Counted from the first letter of the stretch, positions 12,835 through 22,997 are shown. The stretch: 64,000 nucleotides of DNA from Thermodesulfovibrionales bacterium (GCA_963715195.1 CAVQRT010000031.1:160001-224000), one strand, 5' to 3'. Numbers and translations: made by a program. The notes: generated from the sequence alone by a model not told the origin.

Positions 12835-12864
12835 AGCATAACATTTGAGTAGCTTTTTGTCAAT
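12835..12864 (-). promoter_or_regulatory. sigma70 promoter of dnaJ2-hspR-clpB overlapped by HAIR-like HspR operator
   Basis: Minus strand TTGACA-N17-TATGCT; TTTGAGT-N7-TGTCAAT (12844-12864) resembles HAIR CTTGAGT-N7-ACTCAAG. Confidence 0.65.
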
Positions 12865-13026
12865 TGCTTTATTATGATATGATTCATAAATATTCTATGG
12901 TAAATTACTCCCTATGCATACCGCGCGCGGTTCCAATGTTTGTCATTCCCTCTCGGCTGGAATCGTTCTGATTCATTTATAATTCTTTATGCATCGGAAT
13001 AGAATGCAGGTTTTCAGGTGGCTGTT

Positions 13027-13575
13027 ATGTATCCGTTAAAAGTCATCGAAAAATATTACGCACACGGCTCAACGGCATATCATTTCCTGACAGAGCACAG
13101 CAGGATGGTCGCGGAAAAGGCTGTCCAGATTGCCAGGCGGGTCGGGTATCTCAACCCTGATCTGAATTTTATACGGGAAGCAGCACTGCTCCACGATATC
13201 GGGATTCTCTTTACCGATGAGCCGGGAATCGGATGCTATGGATATAAGCCATATATCTGTCATGGTTACATGGGACGGGAGCTTCTGGAGAATGAGGGAT
13301 TTCCGGTCCATGCCCTTGTCTGTGAAAGGCATGTGGGCGTTGGGATTACCCGGCAGGAGATCGAAGAAAACGGGTTGCCGGTTCCTGCGCGGGACATGGT
13401 ACCTGTCACCATTGAAGAGCAGATTATCTGTTATGCCGACAAATTTTTCTCAAAGGATACGGAATTCCTTCTCCGTGAAAAAGCACTTGAGAAGGTCAGA
13501 CAAAGCATTGCCAAATACGGGGAAGACAAATTAGAGCAGTTTGATGAGTGGGTAAAACTGTTCGGGATGACATGA
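13027..13575 (+). CDS. HD (HDIG) domain phosphohydrolase
   Basis: HS..VA, LLHDIG, HG..G, RHVG, YADKF motifs. Confidence 0.88.
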   Translation: MYPLKVIEKYYAHGSTAYHFLTEHSRMVAEKAVQIARRVGYLNPDLNFIREAALLHDIGILFTDEPGIGCYGYKPYICHGYMGRELLENEGFPVHALVCERHVGVGITRQEIEENGLPVPARDMVPVTIEEQIICYADKFFSKDTEFLLREKALEKVRQSIAKYGEDKLEQFDEWVKLFGMT

Positions 13576-13596
13576 AAATATTTATTCAACAACCTG

Positions 13597-14364
13597 TTAA
13601 TAATCAATCCTCTCGAGAAACAGGCCGTTTGAAGGGGATGTCTGCCCCGCATTTTTTCTGTCGCGTGATTCGAGTATCTCTCTCATTTTTTTTGACGGCA
13701 TTCTTCCCCTCCCAATCTCGACAAGAGTCCCGACGATATTCCTGACCATGTGCCTGAGAAATCCGTTTGCCTCGGCGGTTATTTTTATAAAGGTGCCCTC
13801 CAGAGCAACCCCCATGAATAGCACCCTGTCAAGTTTTTCCACACCCAAGGAACAGACCTCCCTCACCGTATTTTTCATATCGCTGCCAGTCCCCATGAAC
13901 GCCAAAAAATCATGTTTCCCGATGAGTACATGCGAAGCCTCTTCCATTATGCTTATGTCGAGCATCTGCGGGACTATCCAGGCATATTTGAAAAGGAAAG
14001 CTGATGATACTCTCTGATTTACGATTATGTAAAAATAGCGCTTCCTGAGGGCATCATCGCGTGGATGAAATGCATCATGAACCTCTTCGGCAGCCAGGAC
14101 TCTGATGTCCTGCGGCAACAGTGCATTCAGTGCCCTCCTGATTGTCCCGGCATCAAGATGAGATGCGGTTCTGAACGTCGCAACCTGTCCGAATGCATGC
14201 ACTCCTGCATCGGTCCTGCTCGCTCCGATAACAGGAGACTCTTCGCCAGTGAGACGGAAAACTTTTTCCTCGAGAATGCCCTGTATGGTTACCGCATCTT
14301 TCTGCACCTGCCAGCCTTTGTATGCGCTTCCATCGTATTCAAGGAGGAGTCTTATTTTTCTCAT
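13597..14364 (-). CDS. truA: tRNA pseudouridine(38-40) synthase
   Basis: YDGSAYKGWQ, SRTDAGVHA, GFLRHMVR. Confidence 0.97.
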   Translation of the reverse strand: MRKIRLLLEYDGSAYKGWQVQKDAVTIQGILEEKVFRLTGEESPVIGASRTDAGVHAFGQVATFRTASHLDAGTIRRALNALLPQDIRVLAAEEVHDAFHPRDDALRKRYFYIIVNQRVSSAFLFKYAWIVPQMLDISIMEEASHVLIGKHDFLAFMGTGSDMKNTVREVCSLGVEKLDRVLFMGVALEGTFIKITAEANGFLRHMVRNIVGTLVEIGRGRMPSKKMREILESRDRKNAGQTSPSNGLFLERIDY

Positions 14365-14617
14365 GGGTTACATATTACCACCAGCAACACCCTCCCGCAA
14401 TGAGGAAATACAGAATAAACCGATCAGGATATATCAAAATTCTGTTCTCGAGAAAAGAACAGAAAGATGCTGCAAGATATGTTTTAAGATCATACCCTTT
14501 GAAATGTATGAATTAAATGGGATCGGTGGAGGAAAAGTGAAAGCAAGTCCCTGTTTGTAAAAAAGAATTATTGCAGTACAGAGGGCATTGAAGCATCGAA
14601 ACTTTTTGGAAACAAAT

Positions 14618-15076
14618 TCAGTTTACCGTTTTGATGAACGGAGAGCGTTTCTCACGGCATGATTTTTTAACGGCGAGCAGTCCTTCTACCGTATTCTGCA
14701 GTTCAGCGATGTTGACGGGCTTTCTGAAGAAATCCCGTGCACCGGCCCTGAAGGCCCTCAGAACGACACCATCGAGGCTTACGTCAGTGATAAAGATGTT
14801 CGGTATATTCGGACAGCACATTTTGTTCTCTTTCAGTATCTTCAGCCCTTCATCAACATCCACATTGCAATCGAGCAGGATGAGATCAACCTGACATTCT
14901 TTCACGGCATCATGGGCTTTGCTGAACGGGCATACCTCGATCTTTTCATCTGTCAAAAAAAGGTTGCTGAATAATTCCTCTTTTCCCCGATCGGTAAGGA
15001 CGAGAACTTTACCGCTGCGTTTTTCAGTCACGGTAATTTCCAGACACACGCATTCTTGTATGGAATCTTGCAGCAT
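14618..15076 (-). CDS. Stand-alone atypical receiver domain protein, paralog of adjacent AraC REC domain
   Basis: DLILLD, AFRAGARDFFRKP; aligns by eye to N-half of 15195-16058. Confidence 0.7.
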   Translation of the reverse strand: MLQDSIQECVCLEITVTEKRSGKVLVLTDRGKEELFSNLFLTDEKIEVCPFSKAHDAVKECQVDLILLDCNVDVDEGLKILKENKMCCPNIPNIFITDVSLDGVVLRAFRAGARDFFRKPVNIAELQNTVEGLLAVKKSCREKRSPFIKTVN

Positions 15077-15194
15077 GGATGTTCATTCTCCAGTGAGATG
15101 TTGATGCATCATAGTGGTACAAAAGCCTGTTCATATTCTTCGAGATAACCATATCATAATAATCTGCAGTTGTCTATGAAGATATTGCTTTTTT

Positions 15195-16058
15195 TCATGG
15201 GGTTCTTGCTTTTTTGAAAATATTTTTTCCTCTGTCTTTTTTCTGAGCCTTCTTTCTTAATGGGTTCTTGGTTTTTTTCTTGATTTTCTCCTTAATTTTT
15301 TTCCTGGTTTTTTTCCTTGAAAGTTTATATTTGATCGGTGTCTTGCCGGTAAACTGCTTGAACTGAACGGTAAAACTGCTCATGTCATTGAACCCCACCG
15401 AAGAGGCAACCATAGAGATCGGTACATCTTCCTTTCTGAGGAGCTCCCGTGCTTTTGCTATCCTCCTGGAGAGCAGATATTTCATCGGGCTCATGCCGAT
15501 ATGTTTCTTGAAAAATCTGCAGAAATGATATTTGCTGATGTCTGCTTTTTCAGCGAGCTCATCAAGACTAGTCGGAGTTGAAAGGTTATCTTCGATGTGC
15601 CTCATAACATTAATGAGATTGACGGGATGACTCGTTGTCAGTTGCTTGAGCGCGTCTTTTTTGCGAGATGCGGTATTCTTGAACGGACGCCTTCGCTCCA
15701 CCGATGATTTTTTGACAGAGAGAATACCGTCGACAGTCTCCTTGAGTTCAAAAAGGTTGACAGGCTTCTTGAAAAAGTCGCGTGCCCCTGCTTTGAAAGC
15801 ATCCAGTACCGCGTCTTCAGTGCTCAGTTCGGCAAGAAAGATAACCGGTATGGTCGGATACCGGGCCTTGATATTCTTCAGAGTATTGAGGCCGTCTTTC
15901 ACATCTGAACTGCAGTCGAGAAGGATGAGGTCAGCCTCACAGGTTTTGATGAACTCCTGAGATTCCGGTGGAGTGCATTCGAGCAGTTGATTATCCGGTG
16001 AATCGAATGTGCTGTAAAGTTTATGAAAACCTTTTTCTGCAATAATTAAAATAGGCAT
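15195..16058 (-). CDS. Receiver-AraC family transcriptional regulator with Lys-rich tail
   Basis: REC (DLILLD...KP) plus AraC double HTH (SKYHFCRFFKK, VGFNDMSSFTVQFK). Confidence 0.85.
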   Translation of the reverse strand: MPILIIAEKGFHKLYSTFDSPDNQLLECTPPESQEFIKTCEADLILLDCSSDVKDGLNTLKNIKARYPTIPVIFLAELSTEDAVLDAFKAGARDFFKKPVNLFELKETVDGILSVKKSSVERRRPFKNTASRKKDALKQLTTSHPVNLINVMRHIEDNLSTPTSLDELAEKADISKYHFCRFFKKHIGMSPMKYLLSRRIAKARELLRKEDVPISMVASSVGFNDMSSFTVQFKQFTGKTPIKYKLSRKKTRKKIKEKIKKKTKNPLRKKAQKKDRGKNIFKKARTP

Positions 16059-16158
16059 CGTATATTCCCAGATGTGAGAGCAAGATAAGTATAAAAATTT
16101 TATTAAAAAAAAGGATATTTATCAACATAAATCGTCATTGATTTTATGATCTATGCTC

Positions 16159-17409
16159 TTAAGGCAGGGCAAAGAAGACATCTATTTCGTCAGACCTGAT
16201 TTCGCCCTGACTGCCATCAGAGAGGAGTTTCCATTTCAATGTTCCGGAGTGGAGTTCATCGTCTCCCATAATCAAAACATATTGAGCGGATACCCTGTCA
16301 GCCCGTCGCATCTGGCTTTTGAGTGAATTTCCGGCGTAACCGAGTTCGGCCCATATACCCTTCTGTCTGAGCCTGTCGGCGATGACAAGCCCCTCTTTCC
16401 ACGCGGATTCTCCGAGTGCTGCAATAAAGACTTTTGGTGAAGGAATCTCCTGCCCGGCAGTCAGCTTCAGGAGGGATGCAATGCGTTCCATCCCTATTGC
16501 AAACCCGATTGCTGGAGTAGGGGGGCCGCCGAAATCCTCTACAAGCCGGTCATAGCGTCCTCCTGCAGCTACCGCATTCTGGGCCCCGAGGTGCCTGCAG
16601 GTAACCTCAAAAGTTGTCCTTGTATAGTAATCAAGGCCTCTGACCATCTCAGGGTTTATCTCATAGGGTATAGCGAGCAGTTCCGCATATGACAGGAGCG
16701 CCTCAAAATGCTCCCTGCATTCGGCGCAAAGATAATTCGTCACGTGCGGAGACCCTTCCCTCAGTTTTATGCAAGCATCAACCTTGCAATCGAGAATACG
16801 GAGCGGATTGTGGTCGTATCTCCTCTTGCAGTCCGGACAAAAGCCGCTGAGCCTGTCCGAGAAGAAATGAAGGAGAGCCTTTCTGTAGTCTGGCCTGCAT
16901 GTATCACAGCCTATTGAATTGATCCCGAAATTCAGATCTTTCAGCCCGAGACGTTCAAAAAATAGTTTGAGCATCGAGAGGATCTCTGCATCGATCTTCG
17001 GTTCTGCAATACCGAATGCCTCGGCGCCAAGCTGATAGAACTGCCTGAAGCGTCCCGACTGGGGCCTTTCATATCTGAACATGGGACCAGAGTAAAAAAA
17101 TTTTTGCGGTGCCGGTAGATTATAGAGATGCTGTTCAACGTAGCATCTTACAACCGGGGCTGTTCCCTCAGGCCGGAGGGTAATGTTTCTCCCGGCCTTA
17201 TCGGTGAAGGTATACATCTCTTTTTCAACGATGTCAGTTGTTTCACCGATACTCCTGGTGAAGACTTCTGTTGACTCGATGACAGGCGCCCGCAATTCTT
17301 GAAAGCCATAGGCGGCGAAGACATTCTTTGCAACCGTCTCTGCTTTCTGCCACAGGTAAACATCGGGGGGGAAGATATCGTGGACGCCCTTAAGGGCTGC
17401 GTACTTCAT
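16159..17409 (-). CDS. hisS: Histidine--tRNA ligase
   Basis: LRPEGTA, RYERPQSGRFRQFYQ, VRGLDYY, GGRYD. Confidence 0.97.
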   Translation of the reverse strand: MKYAALKGVHDIFPPDVYLWQKAETVAKNVFAAYGFQELRAPVIESTEVFTRSIGETTDIVEKEMYTFTDKAGRNITLRPEGTAPVVRCYVEQHLYNLPAPQKFFYSGPMFRYERPQSGRFRQFYQLGAEAFGIAEPKIDAEILSMLKLFFERLGLKDLNFGINSIGCDTCRPDYRKALLHFFSDRLSGFCPDCKRRYDHNPLRILDCKVDACIKLREGSPHVTNYLCAECREHFEALLSYAELLAIPYEINPEMVRGLDYYTRTTFEVTCRHLGAQNAVAAGGRYDRLVEDFGGPPTPAIGFAIGMERIASLLKLTAGQEIPSPKVFIAALGESAWKEGLVIADRLRQKGIWAELGYAGNSLKSQMRRADRVSAQYVLIMGDDELHSGTLKWKLLSDGSQGEIRSDEIDVFFALP

Positions 17410-17891
17410 TCCTCCTGCTGTGCCTCCTCCTCTTGTTCCTCACTCCGCTCTTTATCAAATTCAAGCATTCGCAGATGGCTCTCGACGAGCCTTTTCACTT
17501 CTTCCTTGAAATGGCGCCTGATCCCTTTCAGATCAACGATATCTTCATGGATCTTGATGACCTTTTCCTGTGCCTCGTTGAGAAGGGATTCGGCCCTGAG
17601 TTCCGCCTCTTTCACCACCAGTTCCGCCTCTTTGCGCGCATTAATCTTGTAGTCTTCAACCATCTGCTGGGCTGTGAGGAGCGTCTCCCTGAGCGTGGTT
17701 TCCATATCCCTGTATTCTTTCATCTGATTATCCAGCCGCTGGGTGTTTTCCTTGAGATTGGCGTTTTCTCGGAGCAGGTCCTCCATCTCCTCCCTGATCA
17801 CCTCAAGGAATGCGTAAACTTCTTCAACATCAAAACCCCTCAGCTTCATGGGGAACTGTTTCTGCTGGATATCAAGCGGCGTTATCCTCAT
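17406..17891 (-). CDS. divIVA: DivIVA domain protein
   Basis: ITPLDIQQKQF...RGFDVEEV followed by coiled coil. Confidence 0.88.
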   Translation of the reverse strand: MRITPLDIQQKQFPMKLRGFDVEEVYAFLEVIREEMEDLLRENANLKENTQRLDNQMKEYRDMETTLRETLLTAQQMVEDYKINARKEAELVVKEAELRAESLLNEAQEKVIKIHEDIVDLKGIRRHFKEEVKRLVESHLRMLEFDKERSEEQEEEAQQEE

Positions 17892-18202
17892 AAGACAATG
17901 CCTCCTTTCAATTTGTAGGCAAGCTCTATCAAAGACTGAATCAGAAAATACTTGACAAACAGTATGGCGAGAATGACGATCATTGGTGACAGGTCAATAA
18001 AGCCGGTTCTGAATCCGATAAACTTTCTGACTTGTCTCAGGAGAGGTTCGGTGACGGCATGCAGGAATCTGACGATCGGGTTGTACGGATCGGGATTGAC
18101 CCAGCTGATGAGCGCAGATATGATAACGATCCACATATATGCAGAGAGCAGTATATTCAGAATATTTCCGATTGCGAGAATCAGATTCGCAAAGATAAAC
18201 AT
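17888..18202 (-). CDS. yggT: YggT family membrane protein
   Basis: SWVNPDPYNPIV, TEP, IDLSP. Confidence 0.9.
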   Translation of the reverse strand: MFIFANLILAIGNILNILLSAYMWIVIISALISWVNPDPYNPIVRFLHAVTEPLLRQVRKFIGFRTGFIDLSPMIVILAILFVKYFLIQSLIELAYKLKGGIVL

Positions 18203-18990
18203 TATTCTTTTCTCCCCAATTCCCTTGATCTGTTTGCAGCTGCATGGATCGCAGCCTGAACGACATTGGTAAGCCCCTGGCCTTCGAAAACCTGAAGCCC
18301 TGCGGCAGTGGTCCCACCGGGTGATGTCACCATTTCCCTGAGCTTTGCGGGAGGCATCCCGGAATCAAGGAGCTTTGCAGTTCCAATGAAGGTCTGAATC
18401 GCAAGTTCTGAGGCATTCTCATTTGTTAATCCCAGGGTGACCCCTGCCTCAATCATCTTTTCGGCAAACAGAGCAAAGAACGCAGGCCCGCTTCCTGAAA
18501 GGGCGGTTACCGCGTCCATGTATTTTTCCGGGAGAACGAGGACTTTCCCGACAGACATAAATATTTCCCGGATCAAGCCCATTTCTTTGTCATGAATGCA
18601 TTCGCACAGAGAGAGGACAGACATACCCTCCTGCACGAGCGCAGGGGTATTCGGCATTACCCGTATTATTTTTGAAGTTTTCAGCCTCGATGAGAGATAG
18701 GACAGAGGTATCCCGGCAGCTATTGAGACTATGCATGCATCTTTCGGGATAACACCGGAAATCTCGGCGGTTACCTCATCCATATTCTGAGGCTTTACGG
18801 CAAGGATAATAGTTGTGCACTGTTTACACAGTACTGTGTTATCTGAAGTCGTCTTAATAGCGTATGTTTTTTCGAGATATGCGCGCCTCTCCTCCCGAGG
18901 CTCGGAGACCGCGATGTCCTTCACGCCGCTCTGCAGAATTCCCTTTATCAGTGCTTCTGCCATATTGCCCCCGCCGATGAACCCGATCAT
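18202..18990 (-). CDS. proC: Pyrroline-5-carboxylate reductase
   Basis: IGFIGGGNMA, RVMPNTP, SGSGPA, VTSPGGTT. Confidence 0.96.
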   Translation of the reverse strand: MIGFIGGGNMAEALIKGILQSGVKDIAVSEPREERRAYLEKTYAIKTTSDNTVLCKQCTTIILAVKPQNMDEVTAEISGVIPKDACIVSIAAGIPLSYLSSRLKTSKIIRVMPNTPALVQEGMSVLSLCECIHDKEMGLIREIFMSVGKVLVLPEKYMDAVTALSGSGPAFFALFAEKMIEAGVTLGLTNENASELAIQTFIGTAKLLDSGMPPAKLREMVTSPGGTTAAGLQVFEGQGLTNVVQAAIHAAANRSRELGRKE

Positions 18991-19051
18991 GTACTCTCCT
19001 CTCTCTGATGATTGTGCAACCATTATACTACAAAAGGCCGGACCGGAAAAT

Positions 19052-19786
19052 TCATTGAAAGAGAGTGCCCTCCGGTCTTATGTCTGCCCTTTTTGGATGG
19101 GCCCTTTCCCCAAAAATCGCGGTCCCGATCCTGACCATAGTGGCTCCCTCTAAAATTGCCGCTTCAAAGTCATGAGTCATCCCCATGGAGAGTTCCGGAA
19201 GTCTGAACCCTTCAGCTTCTGCACGATCCCGCAGTTGCCTCAATTTTCTGAAAAATGGCCTCGCCATTTCCGGATTATCGAAGAGCGGCGGCATAGTCAT
19301 CAGTCCCTCAATGCTCAAATGCTTCATTCCTGCCGCTTCATGGAGCAGTTTCATGAAAATTTCTTCAGAAACACCGGATTTTGATTCTTCCTCCGAGAGT
19401 TTGACCTGTATCAGAATCTTCTGGATTTTCCCCAGCTTTCCCGCGTGCCTGTCGATCTCTCCTGCGAGGCCTGATGAGTCGACTGAGTGGATTAGATCGA
19501 AGAGCTGCACAGCAGCCCCGGACTTGTTTTTCTGGAGATGTCCGATCAGATGCCATTCCACGGCATAATCCGGCATGTGATGTTGCAGATGTGCAATTTT
19601 TTCTTTTGCCTCCTGCACTCTGTTTTCCCCAAAAACCCTCAAACCCAGTTCTATGGCTTCCTTTATTTTCAGGACATCAACAGTTTTCGTGGCAGCAACG
19701 AGCTTGACATCAAAAGGATTGCGCCCGGACCGTATGGCTGCAGAAGATATTTTCCTGTAGATATCCTTGATATTCTCAAGAAGCAT
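19052..19786 (-). CDS. yggS: YggS family PLP-binding protein
   Basis: FGENRVQE, WHLIGHLQKNK, LSMGMT.DF, VRIGTAIFG; start approximate. Confidence 0.94.
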   Translation of the reverse strand: MLLENIKDIYRKISSAAIRSGRNPFDVKLVAATKTVDVLKIKEAIELGLRVFGENRVQEAKEKIAHLQHHMPDYAVEWHLIGHLQKNKSGAAVQLFDLIHSVDSSGLAGEIDRHAGKLGKIQKILIQVKLSEEESKSGVSEEIFMKLLHEAAGMKHLSIEGLMTMPPLFDNPEMARPFFRKLRQLRDRAEAEGFRLPELSMGMTHDFEAAILEGATMVRIGTAIFGERAHPKRADIRPEGTLFQ

Positions 19787-19865
19787 GTTATGAATGATCA
19801 CAGAGTTTTCCTTGTTTCAAACGAAGCCCGAAATCTCTTTGCGGCATACTATGTTGTGTATTTTA

Positions 19866-21503
19866 TCATCTATTCCAGGAAAGGGCTTCCATGTATTCTG
19901 TCCATAATTTCTCTTTTGCTATACCCATGTCAATAAAATCCCAGGGAAGAATTTCTTCAAAATCCTTTTTTCTGAATATATAGAAGTTTTTATCGATTCC
20001 TGCAATTGCCGCTGCCGTGCTCCATTCCGCTGTTGCGGGCATCTCCATGAGCATATGTGATAATTGCCTGTCACCCATGGAAAACAATCCCTGCATGTAT
20101 GCATACTTGGGAACATCATGGAACACCCTGATACCTCGAACCGGCATAAGGGCTTTCTTGATTAATTTTAATCGTTCCTTTACCTCGGTGATATCCTCCA
20201 TGGGATGCCACTGAAAGGGCGTAAAGGGCTTTGGTACGAATGTGCTGATACTGAGCGTAAGACAGCCTTTTGGCGCGGCATTCCGGATCTTCATCACAAG
20301 ATCAACAATCCCGGATACATCTTCCCTCGTTTCAGTGGGAAGACCGACCATGAAATACAGCCTCAGGGTCTCTATGCCCTGCGCAAACAGGAGCCGTGAA
20401 GTTGAGAGGATATCTTCCTCACTGATCTTTTTGCTTATAACCTTCCGAAGCCGCTCTGTTCCGGCCTCAGGCGCAATCGAAATGCTCTTATGCCCTCCCA
20501 TCAGGGCAACTAATTCCGCACTCTTTCTGCCTGCCCTGAGAGAGGTGATCGAAAATTCTACGCCGGGAATCTGCAGCACTTCCTTGATATGTGCATAATC
20601 GGAAAGGGAGGGCCCTATGAGGCCGATTCGTCTTGTCTTGCCGCGGGCCGCGTGAATATCCTCGCTGATATCCCGGAGCTCTTTTATTCTCGGAGGACTG
20701 TATATTTTCCCTGCAACGCAGTATCTGCAGTTCCAGGGACAGCCCCTCATGGCTTCAATCAGATACATATCAGAGAATTCTGTTTCAGGAGTAATGATCG
20801 AGGTCCTGATTTCAGTGCAGGAAAGATCTTTCAGATACCTCCGTTTTACCTGATGAGCTGCGCCTTCTGATGCGATTCTCTCAGAAATTTTTTCTCCCGG
20901 ATCGCGGAAAATACGGTAGAAGCACGGAACATATACTCCCTCAATGGAGAGGGATTTCCTCAGAAGATCACTTCTGTCTTCAGCGGTCCTATAAATCCCA
21001 AGAAATTCCGGCAGCATTTCATCTGCCTCACCGATGAAGCAGAGATCAAAAAAGTCGGCAACAGGTTCCGGATTAAAGAACGTGCATGCCCCACCCATTA
21101 TGAGAAACGGGTTTCGCGGGCTTCTCCGGGAGCTCATCAGGGGAATCTTTGCCAACTGAAGGATTCTGGCGATATTCGGATAGTCGTTTTCAAAAGATAC
21201 AGAGAAGGCAACGATATCAAATCTGTTCAAAGGACGTTTCGACTCCATTGAAAAAAGCTCAATCCCGGTTCTGATATGTTCGTCATAATCCTTTTCATCC
21301 GGCAAAAAAGCCCTCTCACAGACGACGTCTTTCATGCTGTTCAGCAGACCGTAGATACCCTGGAATCCGAGGTTTGACATCCCGACGTGATATGTATTCG
21401 GATAAACAAGGGCAATGGTGATCTTTCCGCCAGGGTCCTTGTAAACGGTCCCTCTTTCTCTCGACAAGAGATGGTCGATTTTTTCTTTGAGTTTTCGGCT
21501 CAC
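19866..21503 (-). CDS. Radical SAM protein with B12-binding-like N-terminal region
   Basis: RGCPWNCRYC motif, YPNTYHVGMSNLG, FVPKPFTPFQW, LPWDFI. Confidence 0.85.
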   Translation of the reverse strand: MSRKLKEKIDHLLSRERGTVYKDPGGKITIALVYPNTYHVGMSNLGFQGIYGLLNSMKDVVCERAFLPDEKDYDEHIRTGIELFSMESKRPLNRFDIVAFSVSFENDYPNIARILQLAKIPLMSSRRSPRNPFLIMGGACTFFNPEPVADFFDLCFIGEADEMLPEFLGIYRTAEDRSDLLRKSLSIEGVYVPCFYRIFRDPGEKISERIASEGAAHQVKRRYLKDLSCTEIRTSIITPETEFSDMYLIEAMRGCPWNCRYCVAGKIYSPPRIKELRDISEDIHAARGKTRRIGLIGPSLSDYAHIKEVLQIPGVEFSITSLRAGRKSAELVALMGGHKSISIAPEAGTERLRKVISKKISEEDILSTSRLLFAQGIETLRLYFMVGLPTETREDVSGIVDLVMKIRNAAPKGCLTLSISTFVPKPFTPFQWHPMEDITEVKERLKLIKKALMPVRGIRVFHDVPKYAYMQGLFSMGDRQLSHMLMEMPATAEWSTAAAIAGIDKNFYIFRKKDFEEILPWDFIDMGIAKEKLWTEYMEALSWNR

Positions 21504-21544
21504 GGTATTAGCGAATTCCCGGTCTTTTCTTTTATACTAATTGT

Positions 21545-21712
21545 ATGAAATGCAAGGAGTGCGGCGGAAAGTTACGGCTCGTTTTCGGTTGAAGGAGCAC
21601 AACACTAAACTGCACGGAGTGCGGTAAGATATACTCCATCGAGGAGTATACCGGTACCATGGATACCGATGCATGGGAACAGATATCCCAGCGCCCCTGC
21701 GACAGGGTTTAA
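21545..21712 (+). CDS. Small dual-CXXC selenoprotein (in-frame UGA read as Sec), not in ORF track
   Basis: MKCKECGGKLRLVFG-U-RSTTLNCTECGKIYSIEEYTGTMDTDAWEQISQRPCDRV*; TGA at 21590-21592; SECIS-like hairpin follows. Confidence 0.8.
21609..21625 (+). promoter_or_regulatory. Putative bacterial SECIS hairpin
   Basis: ACTGCAC-GGA-GTGCGGT; apical-loop G at 21616, 23 nt between it and the UGA. Confidence 0.55.
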
Positions 21713-22104
21713 TCAATCCTTCCCTCCTGTTTGAGTCTGGTGATAAGCTCCAATATTCCTGGTATGGCCACGTCAATGATGTCATTTTTTTCTATTGAGA
21801 AAGACAGCTGCTGGAGTTCAAAAGCATCAAAACCGTATGTGTACAGAGCGCCGACAAAACTGCCTGCACTCGTAGCCACGATCATATGAACAGGAAGCTT
21901 ATTGGACTCAAGCACCTTCAGTACGCCGATATGTGCGAATCCCTTTGATGCACCCGCCCCCGGCTCGGTCGCAATCTTTGCCGGTTTTGGGGGTGGCTGA
22001 ATCTCTCCCGGAGCACAGGAGCACATGCAGAAAAGCAATGATAAGGATATGAGAACGATATCTTTGATCATGCCAACAAAACCAGTGCTGCTTTCATGAT
22101 ACAA
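21709..22104 (-). pseudogene. Truncated patatin-like phospholipase lipoprotein remnant
   Basis: Lipobox-like N-terminus; GAGASKGFAHIGVL; nucleophile elbow ATSAG (GxSxG altered); no catalytic DGG half. Confidence 0.65.
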
Positions 22105-22844
22105 TGACTGCTATGTACATTATAGCAGTAAAAAATCTAACTAAATATTATAACTCCCTGAAGGCTGTTGATGGTATTGATTTTGAAATATCCGGATCGG
22201 AATGCTTCGGGTTCCTCGGTCCGAACGGAGCCGGGAAAACAACAGTGCTGAGAATCATTTATTGTTTCATGCCCCCGAGTTCCGGAGAGGTGAGAGTATT
22301 CGGCATGGATGTCAGGGAAAACCCGAGCTCCATTAAAGCCCGTATCGGAGTGATGCCGCAGGAGGACAATCTTGACCCTGATCTTTCTGTTTTCGAAAAT
22401 CTTATTGTCTATGCCCGCTATTTCGATATCGCAAAAAAGGATTCCGCGCCTCTCGCGTGGGAACTGCTCGATTTTGTGGAATTGAGGGACAAGGCGTCTG
22501 TCAAAATCGGCAATCTTTCAGGCGGGATGAAGCGGCGCTTGGTACTCGCGCGGTCACTGATAAACAAACCGGAGCTTTTAATCCTTGATGAACCGACAAC
22601 GGGGCTCGATCCTCACAGCAGGCGGTCTGTCTGGGATAAGCTCCACTATCTCAAGTCGAGAGGGACGACGCTTCTGCTCACAACGCATTATATGGAAGAG
22701 GCTGAGGTGCTCTGTGACAGGGTAGGAATCATGGATTCCGGAAGAATTGTTGTAATCGATAGGCCATCGAGCCTCATGAACCAGCACGGCGGAAATCTCG
22801 AAGAAGTGTATCTGAAATTAACCGGAAGGGCACTCAAGGAATAA
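22104..22844 (+). CDS. ABC transporter ATP-binding protein (NodI-like)
   Basis: GPNGAGKT, LSGGMKRR, LDEPTTGLD. Confidence 0.93.
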   Translation: MTAMYIIAVKNLTKYYNSLKAVDGIDFEISGSECFGFLGPNGAGKTTVLRIIYCFMPPSSGEVRVFGMDVRENPSSIKARIGVMPQEDNLDPDLSVFENLIVYARYFDIAKKDSAPLAWELLDFVELRDKASVKIGNLSGGMKRRLVLARSLINKPELLILDEPTTGLDPHSRRSVWDKLHYLKSRGTTLLLTTHYMEEAEVLCDRVGIMDSGRIVVIDRPSSLMNQHGGNLEEVYLKLTGRALKE

Positions 22845-22893
22845 TAGAGATTGATAATATGCAGAAGAATGGTTTCAAAAAAATATTTCAGTA

Positions 22894-22972
22894 AGCCCCC
22901 TGTGACCCCCTTTAAAAAAAGGGGGAAATAAAATGTATACCCCTCTTTTCAAAAAGAAGGATAAGGGGAGAT
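22894..22972. repeat. C/G-tract REP-like palindrome (CCCCCT...AAAGGGGG type)
   Basis: CCCCCTGTGACCCCCTTTAAAAAAAGGGGG...CCCCTCTTTTCAAAAAGAAGG between ABC genes. Confidence 0.5.
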
Positions 22973-22997
22973 TACTAAATCATACAATAGAATTTTT

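Noticed and set aside
14470..16096. GCAAGATA-like AraC binding sites near 14471, 15180 and 16080
   Set aside because: Short, inconsistently oriented and in AT-rich DNA; not distinguishable from chance by eye
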